From Oligoflexales bacterium (lineage in GTDB: Bacteria; Bdellovibrionota_B; Oligoflexia; Oligoflexales; CAIYRB01): DNA of 12,581 nucleotides. This document shows positions 1-9,243 of this stretch, one piece after another. The stretch is from the NCBI GenBank assembly GCA_041736175.1, contig JBGSUI010000247.1:1-12581 (forward strand), given 5' to 3'. The position numbers and the translations under genes were made by a program. Under the pieces are notes generated by a model. That model had not been told where the DNA came from. It was given only the letters and a program-made list of their open reading frames with translations, and did no database searches. The stretch's first letter is position 1; every line of letters starts with the position of its first letter.

Positions 1-1941
1 TTCAGATTTTCTTTTTGCCTGGGAATTCTACCCACGATCCTCTTATCGAGCTGTGGCACCCAAGACAGCGCTGTAGGTAACTGCAACAATGCGGCTGCCG
101 CTGGACTCCCTGCAAGTTTTACGGGAGCACCCAAAGTGGCGAGCCCCGGATCTAATGTGCTCCTGGCCTCCAAGCGCCAGATCAGAGAGCAAGCCGTGGA
201 TGGGGAGACTTATATTGTCGCTTTCCGCGGCGATGTGGGCTCGTCGTCCTTCCATTTTAAGGGATTTCGGTCGGAGCACCAGCACTTTTACACCCAGTTG
301 GCCGACCGTTTTATGGGGGATCCTCGGGTACAGGATTTGGACTACATCACCTATGTGAATTTAGCCCATGCTTCTTTTGATAAATCTCTAAGGTTGACGA
401 AACCGTTCCAAGCCCAGTGGTCTCAGGAGAGTCCCGCTGGCAATCTCCACCACCTCTCGTGGGGGGCTGCGCAGCTCGCGGAGATGCCGGCTTTGATCTC
501 AAAAGTGGTGTTTCGCTCCCCCAGTGAAGCAGCCCAAGCTCTGGTGGAATGGGAACAAAGCGGAGACCTTTGGTTTGCGGAGCCCAACGGCTACAGCGAG
601 CTGTTTCAAGTCAACACCGAAGTGGCAGAGAAGTATAAAGAAGCAGCCGCCACCAACCCCTATGGCTGGATGAAGACCGTCAAGGTCCCTGAAGCCCTAA
701 AAATCTTGTCCCAAGCTAAGGCACCCGGCCCCTACGAAACCGTGGTGGCAGTCCTCGACAGTGGGCTGGATTATGAACATCCGCTGCTTAAGGGCCGGGT
801 TTGGGAAAATCCCCAGCCAGGGGCTGCGGGCTGTGGCAACGACGTCTACGGCTGCGACCTCACCGCCAAGGTCAACAAGGGCGAGTTGGGTATCGGCGAA
901 CCCCATCCTTATCTGACGACTGGGCCTGGCCAGCCATGTCCTCCTCCAGAGGATCCAAAATCGAAGGATAGTGAAGATGGAACTTGCGTACATGGAACCC
1001 ACGTGGCGGGGATTATCGCGGCGAAACTCGACAAAGATAGTTCTTCTGTCGGCGGTGTCTGTCCAGTCTGTAAAGTCATGCCCCTTAAAATCATCGCCAA
1101 AAACCCAAAGAGTGGCAAAGGCACTGCCGACGATGTTGCGATCCTGAAAGCTCTCAAATATCTAGTCAGGTTTGGAACCGACCGCAAGCTGGTAAGGATT
1201 GCCAACAGTTCTTTTGGTAAATACACCCGGTCCCGGTCCGTGGGACTCCTGATCACGGTCCTTAAAAACCCTCCCTTCGAAACCCTTGTGGTTGGAGCTG
1301 CTGGCAATGATGACTCCATGGGACGAAGCTATCCAGCGGCTTTCCCAGAAGCAGTCGCTGTCGCCAGCATTGTGGCAGAGGGTGCAGGTTTTGACGACGC
1401 TTTAGGAAAAAACAGTTACTCAAACTTTGGACCTTGGGTGGACATATCGGCCCCAGGAGGAAAGTCAGGTGATATCATCTCCACTATACCAGGGGGCAAG
1501 CAAGCACCTAAAACAGGGACTTCTATGGCAGCACCGGTCGTCGCGGGTGTGGCTGGGCTTGTCGTCAGTCTTTTTAATACCGTCGGTTTCAACGAGCTTC
1601 GCGACCGGATCGTAGGTTATGCCGACCCTAGAATCTACAGCACTAAAGTGAACGGTGGTATCAACTATTCCTGCTACAACCCTAAGTTTAGTGGTGAGGA
1701 GTCCCGTAACAAACTCCTAGGTACGGGAGTTGTCGACGCAGAGCGAGCGGTCGGCAAAGGCGAAGGCGGCTTCCAAGACGTTGGCTATGAAAACCGCGTG
1801 GGGGGCTGCGCCGTGGTGGGTCTTCCACGAGGTGGCTCAAGACCATGGATTGGTCCGGGGATGCTGCTTTTATTACCCGGGCTTTTACTCCTCAAAAAAA
1901 GGTTCCAAAAAAAGTCTATACCAAAGGAGGTCCGCCTTTGA
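1..1941 (+). CDS. S8 family (subtilisin-like) serine peptidase, predicted lipoprotein with C-terminal GGC-CTERM-like tail; 5' end lies outside the window
   Basis: Catalytic motifs VAVLDSG (Asp), HGTHVAG (His), AAGND (oxyanion Asn) and GTSMAAP (Ser). The frame is open from base 1 (FRFSFCLGILPTILLSSCGTQD...), with a hydrophobic stretch and lipobox LSS-C (Cys codon 52-54), so the true start is upstream of the listed GTG at 136. Confidence 0.93.
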   Translation, partial: FRFSFCLGILPTILLSSCGTQDSAVGNCNNAAAAGLPASFTGAPKVASPGSNVLLASKRQIREQAVDGETYIVAFRGDVGSSSFHFKGFRSEHQHFYTQLADRFMGDPRVQDLDYITYVNLAHASFDKSLRLTKPFQAQWSQESPAGNLHHLSWGAAQLAEMPALISKVVFRSPSEAAQALVEWEQSGDLWFAEPNGYSELFQVNTEVAEKYKEAAATNPYGWMKTVKVPEALKILSQAKAPGPYETVVAVLDSGLDYEHPLLKGRVWENPQPGAAGCGNDVYGCDLTAKVNKGELGIGEPHPYLTTGPGQPCPPPEDPKSKDSEDGTCVHGTHVAGIIAAKLDKDSSSVGGVCPVCKVMPLKIIAKNPKSGKGTADDVAILKALKYLVRFGTDRKLVRIANSSFGKYTRSRSVGLLITVLKNPPFETLVVGAAGNDDSMGRSYPAAFPEAVAVASIVAEGAGFDDALGKNSYSNFGPWVDISAPGGKSGDIISTIPGGKQAPKTGTSMAAPVVAGVAGLVVSLFNTVGFNELRDRIVGYADPRIYSTKVNGGINYSCYNPKFSGEESRNKLLGTGVVDAERAVGKGEGGFQDVGYENRVGGCAVVGLPRGGSRPWIGPGMLLLLPGLLLLKKRFQKKSIPKEVRL

Positions 1942-2429
1942 ATGCTGTTTTCCATATAGCCGCCGTCATCGTTCTCGGTCTTTTGGTCTGGATGTGGTCC
2001 CAGGAGCGTTCTAAACACAAGTTAGTCGTAAATCTTTTAAAGCAGTTTACCGGGTCCCGCCAGGCGCTATCTCAAGGGCCTTCGGGTGCCATTCACCGCC
2101 CGATTTACCGACAGATTTATCTCCGAAAGCCCTTGGATTTTGTCTTCAATCTATGCCAAGCTTTTGAGATCCCCTTTGATATCGAAGACAAATCCCCGGG
2201 GGCCCCTAAACCTGCTAAAATCGACCCCATGCCCCTGGTGGAGTTGATCCTGTTAAATCATGTTATAAAGATGACGTCCCAGATTAAGCCAGGCCAAAAG
2301 CCCGCACTTTTTATTTGGGTTAAGACTCCCCCAGCCAATCTCGATCACTCAACACGACTGAGAGCTGCCCTAGGAGGCGACCTCGATGTCGCGATCGTCG
2401 ATGGCAACAGTGCCATCGCCAAAACCTAA
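1938..2429 (+). CDS. Small single-pass membrane protein, hypothetical (163 aa)
   Basis: AGGAGG at 1925-1930 precedes a TTG at 1938 that overlaps the peptidase TGA stop (TTGA). N-terminal TM segment AVFHIAAVIVLGLLVWMW. This start is preferred over the listed start at 1845. Confidence 0.75.
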   Translation: MNAVFHIAAVIVLGLLVWMWSQERSKHKLVVNLLKQFTGSRQALSQGPSGAIHRPIYRQIYLRKPLDFVFNLCQAFEIPFDIEDKSPGAPKPAKIDPMPLVELILLNHVIKMTSQIKPGQKPALFIWVKTPPANLDHSTRLRAALGGDLDVAIVDGNSAIAKT

Positions 2430-2451
2430 AACCCGCAAATGTGGTGAGCCA

Positions 2452-3498
2452 ATGCAAAATTTCAAACTTCCAAGCTCCGTCAAAACTCTACGAAACCTTC
2501 TGGCCTGCTGGACCCTAGCCCTCCCAAGCTGTGCCACCACCTCAACGACCGACACCACCAAAATCAACCAACTCCCACCACCTCCTCCGATCACCAAATC
2601 CACCTCCTTGGATGACCTGGTCTCCTTGGCCATGGAATATGGTGGTGAGCCTTTGCAAAAAGTCAAAAAACAGGTGAGAGACCGGAACCTCGCCAAAGAG
2701 GTCGAAAATCAGTTGATCCCCATTTTGAAAAATTCAGCGGAAACCCTCGCCGACCACCAGCTTTTAAACGCAGCAAACCTCTATGCCTACCTGCCGACCC
2801 CCGTAAGTCCGGAATTGTTTTTATCCCTTGTCCAGAGCGAGCGTTTGATCTCTCGGCGCGTGGGCTGGCAACTAGCAGCCCAAAAACTCCATCCTAAACT
2901 CGCTATGAGCATGGACCGTGCCCTAAGCCAAGCTCTGATCGAAGACAATCTCAGCATGGTCCTACTCCCCCAAATGGCCAACGCCGTCCGCATAAACCGA
3001 CTGAAATCCGCCTATACCGTGGTCCGCCAGGGTCTCCTTCTCCAAGGGGACGAGGAGTATGCCTTGGCGATGATCGCCCTAAACCCTACCCGTGCCAGCG
3101 AGGATTTTATACCCTACCTCGTCCTGGCTCCTGCCGAGGAGCTGCGCCAGCTCACAGTCTCCAGCGTCAAAATCTACACCGTCATGACGGTGTTGCGACA
3201 CCTAAAAAACTACCCACCTAATGTGGGGACCCAGGGCTTTGACCATCTTTTCGCCTATATGGTTTCCAGAAATAACGGGATCTCAGACTTAGCCAGGTCA
3301 GTGATCGAAGCCTATCTCCCTGCCCAGGCTAACACCCTGGCGATTGGTCTGGCCAAACAGCCCCCTTGGCTGCAAGTAGCCTTTTTAGAAAACGTCCGGC
3401 GCCAAACAAGCCCAGGATTAGCCATGCTCCTCCAAGAGCTTAGGCAAACCACTTCCGAAACCAATGTGGCAAGGGATATCGACGAAATCCGTGACTAA
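2452..3498 (+). CDS. Hypothetical lipoprotein, alpha-helical (HEAT/ARM-like) body
   Basis: GGTGAG at 2443-2448 precedes ATG 2452. Signal-like N-terminus ending LALPS-C, then a Thr/Pro linker (TTSTTDTT, PPPPP) and Leu/Ala-rich amphipathic helices. Confidence 0.75.
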   Translation: MQNFKLPSSVKTLRNLLACWTLALPSCATTSTTDTTKINQLPPPPPITKSTSLDDLVSLAMEYGGEPLQKVKKQVRDRNLAKEVENQLIPILKNSAETLADHQLLNAANLYAYLPTPVSPELFLSLVQSERLISRRVGWQLAAQKLHPKLAMSMDRALSQALIEDNLSMVLLPQMANAVRINRLKSAYTVVRQGLLLQGDEEYALAMIALNPTRASEDFIPYLVLAPAEELRQLTVSSVKIYTVMTVLRHLKNYPPNVGTQGFDHLFAYMVSRNNGISDLARSVIEAYLPAQANTLAIGLAKQPPWLQVAFLENVRRQTSPGLAMLLQELRQTTSETNVARDIDEIRD

Positions 3499-3564
3499 GG
3501 TTTTGACGATGTTAATTGCGGCGATTTTAACTCCCTTAACTCCATGCAACGACTGAAAAAAACA

Positions 3565-3585
3565 TGACCTTAAAATTTAGGGTCA
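3565..3585. promoter_or_regulatory. 21-bp imperfect palindrome, putative operator or hairpin
   Basis: TGACCTTAAA-A-TTTAGGGTCA: 10-bp arms with one mismatch, in the intergenic region upstream of the 3658 gene. Confidence 0.45.
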
Positions 3586-3657
3586 ATCAAAGGATCGAAC
3601 CTTCCGATGACAGGGATGTCCCGAGAGAAAAAGCAATTTGTAAAATAAGGGGGTCCC

Positions 3658-4476
3658 ATGAATTATTTAAGGCTTTTTAGTTCGGTAGCATTTGTTTCAA
3701 TTCTGCCGGCTTGTTCAAAAATGGACACCAAGGATTCCAGAACCTCTCCCAACGATAAGAACGCCACTATTGGCGCACCTCTTCCTGCCCAAAATGGGGA
3801 CGGGTCGGCCCAGAATCCACAGGGAAATAATGGTTCTATCGGTGCAAACCCCACAGAAACAACCGAAAACAAAAGCCCCGGCCCACAACCGACCCCGGGT
3901 GGCTCCGCTGATTCCATGGAAAAACCTGAAGAAAAACCAGGCCAGGCACCAAACACAAATGTTGGTAGTCCGCAATTAAGTATTACCGGCATGAGTGAAA
4001 GCCTTGTACGTAAGGCCTTTGACTCGCTGGTTCCAGCAACGGATTGCGCTAAGTCCTTAGGAATACCTGAATCTGGGGTGAAATCCGTTAACACCAACGG
4101 TCCGTTTACCCTTGGTCCAAAAGAAGGCGCCATGTTAACGGCATGGGGAAATAAGGAAAAGCTCGCTGTGGATATTAAACCAGGTCAAGGAAGTCTTGTG
4201 GGTTTTTGTGGCTATATCGGTGGTAATCAGAATTCGTTTACTCTAAACGTCAATCTTGAAGTCTCAAAAATCCGCATTTATACCACGGGCAATGGTGCCT
4301 CGGTCGAAATCAAGGTCCCTAAGGGAGCTACGGTCAAAGCCTTTGAGTTTGGATTTGGAGTCCTCCCAGGGGAGATTAAAATCACCGGCGATGGTACCTA
4401 TGACTGTGAAAAAGGGATCAAATGGTCTGGCAATCTATTTTCGAACTTGATCTGTGGTGGCAAAACCATCAATTAA
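3658..4476 (+). CDS. Hypothetical lipoprotein with disordered linker and beta-rich C-terminal domain
   Basis: AAGGGGG SD before the ATG. Signal MNYLRLFSSVAFVSILPA-C (lipobox), a Pro/Gly/Asn/Gln-rich linker, and a C-terminal domain with 4 Cys and recurring GN-beta-strand units. Confidence 0.85.
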   Translation: MNYLRLFSSVAFVSILPACSKMDTKDSRTSPNDKNATIGAPLPAQNGDGSAQNPQGNNGSIGANPTETTENKSPGPQPTPGGSADSMEKPEEKPGQAPNTNVGSPQLSITGMSESLVRKAFDSLVPATDCAKSLGIPESGVKSVNTNGPFTLGPKEGAMLTAWGNKEKLAVDIKPGQGSLVGFCGYIGGNQNSFTLNVNLEVSKIRIYTTGNGASVEIKVPKGATVKAFEFGFGVLPGEIKITGDGTYDCEKGIKWSGNLFSNLICGGKTIN

Positions 4477-4482
4477 TTTTGA

Positions 4483-5028
<546 letters not shown>

Positions 5029-5039
5029 ATTTGATATGA

Positions 5040-8000
5040 TTAGTACCCTATAAAAAACCTGATCGAACCCAATGTGGCTATGGCGGTCCCACCAGCATAG
5101 TAGAGATCGTTGTTGCTACGGTTGATCAAGAGAGCGCCGCGGGACGGTGCCTCAATGGCAGTCACATTGCCTGAAGTCCCCGAACTACCGTCGGCGTTAA
5201 CCCCGCTTCCATACATACGGTAGGTGTTGCCTGAAGTCCTACCATTACAGAACGTAGCGTTATTGACATGGCAATAGGCTCGAATTCTACGAGCGGTGGT
5301 ATCTGCGAAATAAAAGTTTCCATGGGAGTCGGAAGCCAGCCCTGTCACCACCCCAACGGCACCTGAAGCTGCAGCAACATCGTCGTTACCATCTCCCGTG
5401 ACGCCTGTTCCAGCAGCGCGGTAGGAGTTGGCAATGGTTTTCCCTGAGCAGAATCCACCAGCGGTGTTATTACAGAGGTAACGAATCCTAAAAAAAGTGG
5501 AGTCGGCTAGGATAATATTGTCCCACGGGTCCACACTGATTGCAAAGGGAGCACCAAGAGCAGTGGATGCAGCGACGGCGTTGTTGGCACCATCGGTCGA
5601 TGCCCCCGTCCCAGCAACCTGGTAGATATTGCCATTGGTTCGACCCGAGCAGTAACCGCTCGTAGACCGGCAGGCTACTTTGATACGAAAGTATTGTTGA
5701 TCTGCAATCCATACGTTTCCAAAAGAATCCAGCGCCACAGCGCCTACTAAGCCTAAGACCGCACCTCCCATCGCCACGTTGTTGGTATCGCCAGCAGTGG
5801 TGCTGCCGATCCATCGGTAGCTATAGCCCTGAAGGCGACCGCTACAGTTGCCGGAGGTCCCAGCACAAACCAGCCGGACGGTGCGGTTGGTGTTATCGGC
5901 GATCAAGAGATTTCCGTCTGCATCAACCGCCAGATCTGTCAGGGTACCGATTGCACTGGCGATGGCTAGAGTGGCATCAGCCCCGTTGCCAGTGGCCCCT
6001 GTCCCAGCGATCACGTAGGAATATCCAGAAGTCTTTCCGTAGCAGAATCCAGGAGAGCTGGTGACATAGCAGATCACGCGCACCTGAAAATTGGTGACAT
6101 CGCCAACAAATAGGTTTCCGACCGAGTCCTGAGCTAAACCTTGAGGTAAACCCATAGGCGTCGCAAAAGAGTCGATATTCCAACCCGACGACAAAGCTCC
6201 AGAGCCAATCCAGCGGTAGTGATAGTCTTCGAGTTTACCGTCACAGAAACTCCCGGCTGCCGGGTTTTTGCAAAAAAGCCTGACGCGACGGTTAGTGGAA
6301 TCATAGGTGACAAAATTGCCCGAGCTATCTGCTGTCAGACCCCTTGGAGTCCCCAGGGCCACCGCAAGGGTGAGCCCATCGGCTCCATCAGTGCTGGCAT
6401 TGATTCCAGCGATTCTGTAACCTTTCCCAGCACTGGAGGCAGAGCAGTAAGGACCAGTAGCATTGATACAAAACATCCTGATGCGGAAATAAGTAGAATC
6501 CGTGGCCATTAAATTGCCATCGGTATTGATCCATAGTCCGTAGACAGCTCCAACCCCATGGGATGCGAGAGCTGCATCGTCAGCGCCATCCGCGCTGGCG
6601 CCGGTACCAGCGACTCGATAGACTGCGTTTGCGGTTTTTCCAGCACAAAAGTGGTTTGATCCACTGACCGTGCTGCAGAGGGCTCTGATCCTAAAAAAGG
6701 TGGTGTCAGAAAAAAACGTATTTCCATAGGAATCCCTTACGAGATCTGCCGGAGTTCCAAAATTGGCGCTCAGTGCAGGACTGCCATCCGCACCATCAAG
6801 TGACACCGCACTCCCAGCTAGGTAATAGATATTGCCAGCAACCTTTCCAGAACAAAACCCACCGCTCGTGGTCGAATAACAAATCGTCCGCAGCCTTCGG
6901 TAGGTGGAATCAGCAAAAGAGACGTTTCCAAGGGAATCGACTGCGATTCCATAGGGCACGCCAATACCAGAGTTTTTAGCGACGATATCGTCTGAGCCAT
7001 CCAGGGTGCTGGCACCGGTTCCGGCCAGGTGGTAAATATACCCGATTGCTTTGGCATTGCAGGCTCCAGGAGCGACGGGGTTGTAGCATACTGCCCGGAT
7101 CCGCATAAAGCTGAAGTCTGAGATATAAAGGTTGCCGTAGGTATCAAACACTAAACCGTAGACATCACCCATCCGGGAGTTAGAAGCAAGTTCTCCATCT
7201 GGACCATCGCTGGTCCCATCTGTGCCGACTATAGAGTAAAGACGGCCCACGGTTCTTTCTTTACAATAGTAAGCTTGGGTATTTTCCCGACAGAGGACAT
7301 TGATAACACCAGGTGTCCCGCCAAACACAAGGTTACCAAAAGGATCCGTGGCCATGGCCCAGCCACTGCGCAGATAGGCCTGTGCTGTGGGGTCTTGGCC
7401 GTTGAAGCGACCATTTGAGCTGATCTTGTGATGGACTCCTGATCCTAATTTAAGACGGATCTCTTTTGTATTGGTATCTTCGGTATAACCAGATGCGGTT
7501 TCCCGGGCCACCAAGTAAAGATTATCGACCGTAGAGCCATAATCAAATCTAACTTTGCTATCATTGACGACTGAGTTGGAAGAGCCTCCGAAATTCGCTC
7601 CCCCAGGGATCAGAGAGGTAAAGAGACTGTAGGCCATTTCGCCTGCAGATCGTCCTTCGGGTATAAACTTTTGCCACTCCGCGACCACATAACGCCCAAG
7701 ACCCCAAGCGAAAGCGCGGGTCACCCCTTGAAATTTCTTTTTTTCGTTTGGCTGAGCTGATACTTCTGGAGATGCCAGAGAAACGTTTCCAGCAGTGTCA
7801 ACAGCATAAACTTTATAGTAGTACCAAGAGAAGGGGGTCAGATTTGAATCCTGACAGGTGGTCCCCGATGTGTCACAAGCGACGAAATGGTTGGAACCCA
7901 AGTGGGTCCCCAAGGCAAGAGTACCCCCAGCCGTCGGCGGGACAGTGACGGTGCTCCCTTGTTTACGAACCACCACATACCGCGCTCCATCGCTGACGGC

Positions 8001-9020
8001 GTTCCAGCTAAGGCTGACCGTTTCTAGTCCAGCAGTTGCAGTCAATCCCGCAGAGGGACTTGGAGCTGTTGCGTCCCATATAAAGCTCGGTTTAGTCGAC
8101 CCATTTTTTCCATTGGCTGCTTGATCCTGGGCGTAAATGGTAACTGTATAGGTGGCACCATTTTGGAGCACCGACGTGGGAAGGGAGCCTTGGTAGCCGC
8201 CTCCACCACTGGCCTCGGCGGTGATAAAGCTGGGGCAGCCAGCTCCAAAGGCGGTTTTACCACTATTAAGACATCCTGAAGGTCCTTCGACAGAATATTT
8301 TACGGCTGCAAGCCCGCTGCCTTGATCACTCGCTGTGATCGGAAAAACCACTGAAGCGACAGCCTGGGTGGCAGGTCCATAAACAAGGCTAAGACTGGTT
8401 GAGGAGGTAGGTGGCTGGGTATCTTTACGCCAGATATGGGCAAAGCTTGTGGCCTTTTTAAGACCATCAGCGCCTTGCACCTCTGCGGTGACGCAGAGAG
8501 CCATCATCCCGTCAGCACCAAGAGAATCGGTGATGGGGTCCGTTGGTGTTTTTGGTTCAGAATAGGTTCCATCCCCGCATGCGGTTCCCCCTTGGATCAA
8601 GGCATAGCGGTAGTTTAAGATTTTTTCACCGGCAATGGCGACATTAAGAGCTGCCGCCGATGAGGGGTTTGGAGGCAATCCCGTCAAGGTGACCGCCCCT
8701 TGATCTGCAATCGGCGATGCATTTTGGGAAGTGTTGGTCGCAGTGCTGGTCGACGTCTCCGTTGAGGAAGCAGTGGAAGTTGCTGGCAGTGCAAGAGGGT
8801 TTAAGACACCTCCTGAGGTTTTTGAGAGGCCCCCAGGGTTGGCACTGGACTGCACCATGGTACTTACGTCGGTGTCATCTCCAGGGGCAGGGACGTCACC
8901 CCCCTCGCTATCACCACAGGCTGTAAACAACACTGAAAAGCTCAGCGCCGCGATCGTTAAAAAGATAGACTTGCCAGCTTGGTGACTTGTTATCTGATAG
9001 GTGCGTCTCATCGATTTCAT
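5040..9020 (-). CDS. Large surface lipoprotein: Ser/Thr linker, Ig-like and FN3 domains, C-terminal Cys-containing NHL-like repeat beta-propeller region
   Basis: GGGAGG SD before ATG 9020 and lipobox LFTA-C (Cys35). FN3 signature (GLTATAG..VSLSW...YYYKVYAVDTAGN). About 12 repeats of P.G.A.D..GN...AD....RIR..C..C.GK..G.IY..AGTG...DG. Confidence 0.9.
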   Translation of the reverse strand: MKSMRRTYQITSHQAGKSIFLTIAALSFSVLFTACGDSEGGDVPAPGDDTDVSTMVQSSANPGGLSKTSGGVLNPLALPATSTASSTETSTSTATNTSQNASPIADQGAVTLTGLPPNPSSAAALNVAIAGEKILNYRYALIQGGTACGDGTYSEPKTPTDPITDSLGADGMMALCVTAEVQGADGLKKATSFAHIWRKDTQPPTSSTSLSLVYGPATQAVASVVFPITASDQGSGLAAVKYSVEGPSGCLNSGKTAFGAGCPSFITAEASGGGGYQGSLPTSVLQNGATYTVTIYAQDQAANGKNGSTKPSFIWDATAPSPSAGLTATAGLETVSLSWNAVSDGARYVVVRKQGSTVTVPPTAGGTLALGTHLGSNHFVACDTSGTTCQDSNLTPFSWYYYKVYAVDTAGNVSLASPEVSAQPNEKKKFQGVTRAFAWGLGRYVVAEWQKFIPEGRSAGEMAYSLFTSLIPGGANFGGSSNSVVNDSKVRFDYGSTVDNLYLVARETASGYTEDTNTKEIRLKLGSGVHHKISSNGRFNGQDPTAQAYLRSGWAMATDPFGNLVFGGTPGVINVLCRENTQAYYCKERTVGRLYSIVGTDGTSDGPDGELASNSRMGDVYGLVFDTYGNLYISDFSFMRIRAVCYNPVAPGACNAKAIGYIYHLAGTGASTLDGSDDIVAKNSGIGVPYGIAVDSLGNVSFADSTYRRLRTICYSTTSGGFCSGKVAGNIYYLAGSAVSLDGADGSPALSANFGTPADLVRDSYGNTFFSDTTFFRIRALCSTVSGSNHFCAGKTANAVYRVAGTGASADGADDAALASHGVGAVYGLWINTDGNLMATDSTYFRIRMFCINATGPYCSASSAGKGYRIAGINASTDGADGLTLAVALGTPRGLTADSSGNFVTYDSTNRRVRLFCKNPAAGSFCDGKLEDYHYRWIGSGALSSGWNIDSFATPMGLPQGLAQDSVGNLFVGDVTNFQVRVICYVTSSPGFCYGKTSGYSYVIAGTGATGNGADATLAIASAIGTLTDLAVDADGNLLIADNTNRTVRLVCAGTSGNCSGRLQGYSYRWIGSTTAGDTNNVAMGGAVLGLVGAVALDSFGNVWIADQQYFRIKVACRSTSGYCSGRTNGNIYQVAGTGASTDGANNAVAASTALGAPFAISVDPWDNIILADSTFFRIRYLCNNTAGGFCSGKTIANSYRAAGTGVTGDGNDDVAAASGAVGVVTGLASDSHGNFYFADTTARRIRAYCHVNNATFCNGRTSGNTYRMYGSGVNADGSSGTSGNVTAIEAPSRGALLINRSNNDLYYAGGTAIATLGSIRFFIGY

Positions 9021-9122
9021 AAAGTCCTCCCTTTTCTTGCGCCTAGTAAACTAAATCCAAAATGCCTCAATCATGCTCGACCCATATCAACAGAATGTTT
9101 GTATGCACTGTCGATATCCACG

Positions 9123-9149
9123 CCATCGGCACCGTTTCAATGGACTTTA
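9123..9149 (-). promoter_or_regulatory. Putative sigma-28 (FliA) promoter for the large lipoprotein
   Basis: The minus strand reads TAAA-gtccattgaaacggt(15 nt)-GCCGATGG, against the consensus TAAA-N15-GCCGATAA. It lies ~100 nt upstream of the ATG, with an AT-rich tract further upstream (9153-9197). Confidence 0.6.
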
Positions 9150-9243
9150 CGAAAAGTTTTAATATTCTGTTTTAATTAATAAATATTAATATAATTTCCT
9201 ATAGGCTCCAAAGACCAAAGATCTAAAAATCCTGCCCTTCCCG

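Noticed and set aside
43..2018. Short ORFs overlapping the peptidase (43-285, 89-358, 697-1002, 909-1319, 1427-1615, 1730-2014, 1785-2018)
   Set aside because: Shadow or antisense frames of a well-supported gene, with no recognisable motifs.
5488..9179. Many 60-110 aa ORFs within or overlapping the large lipoprotein gene
   Set aside because: Alternative-frame artefacts with no RBS or domain evidence.
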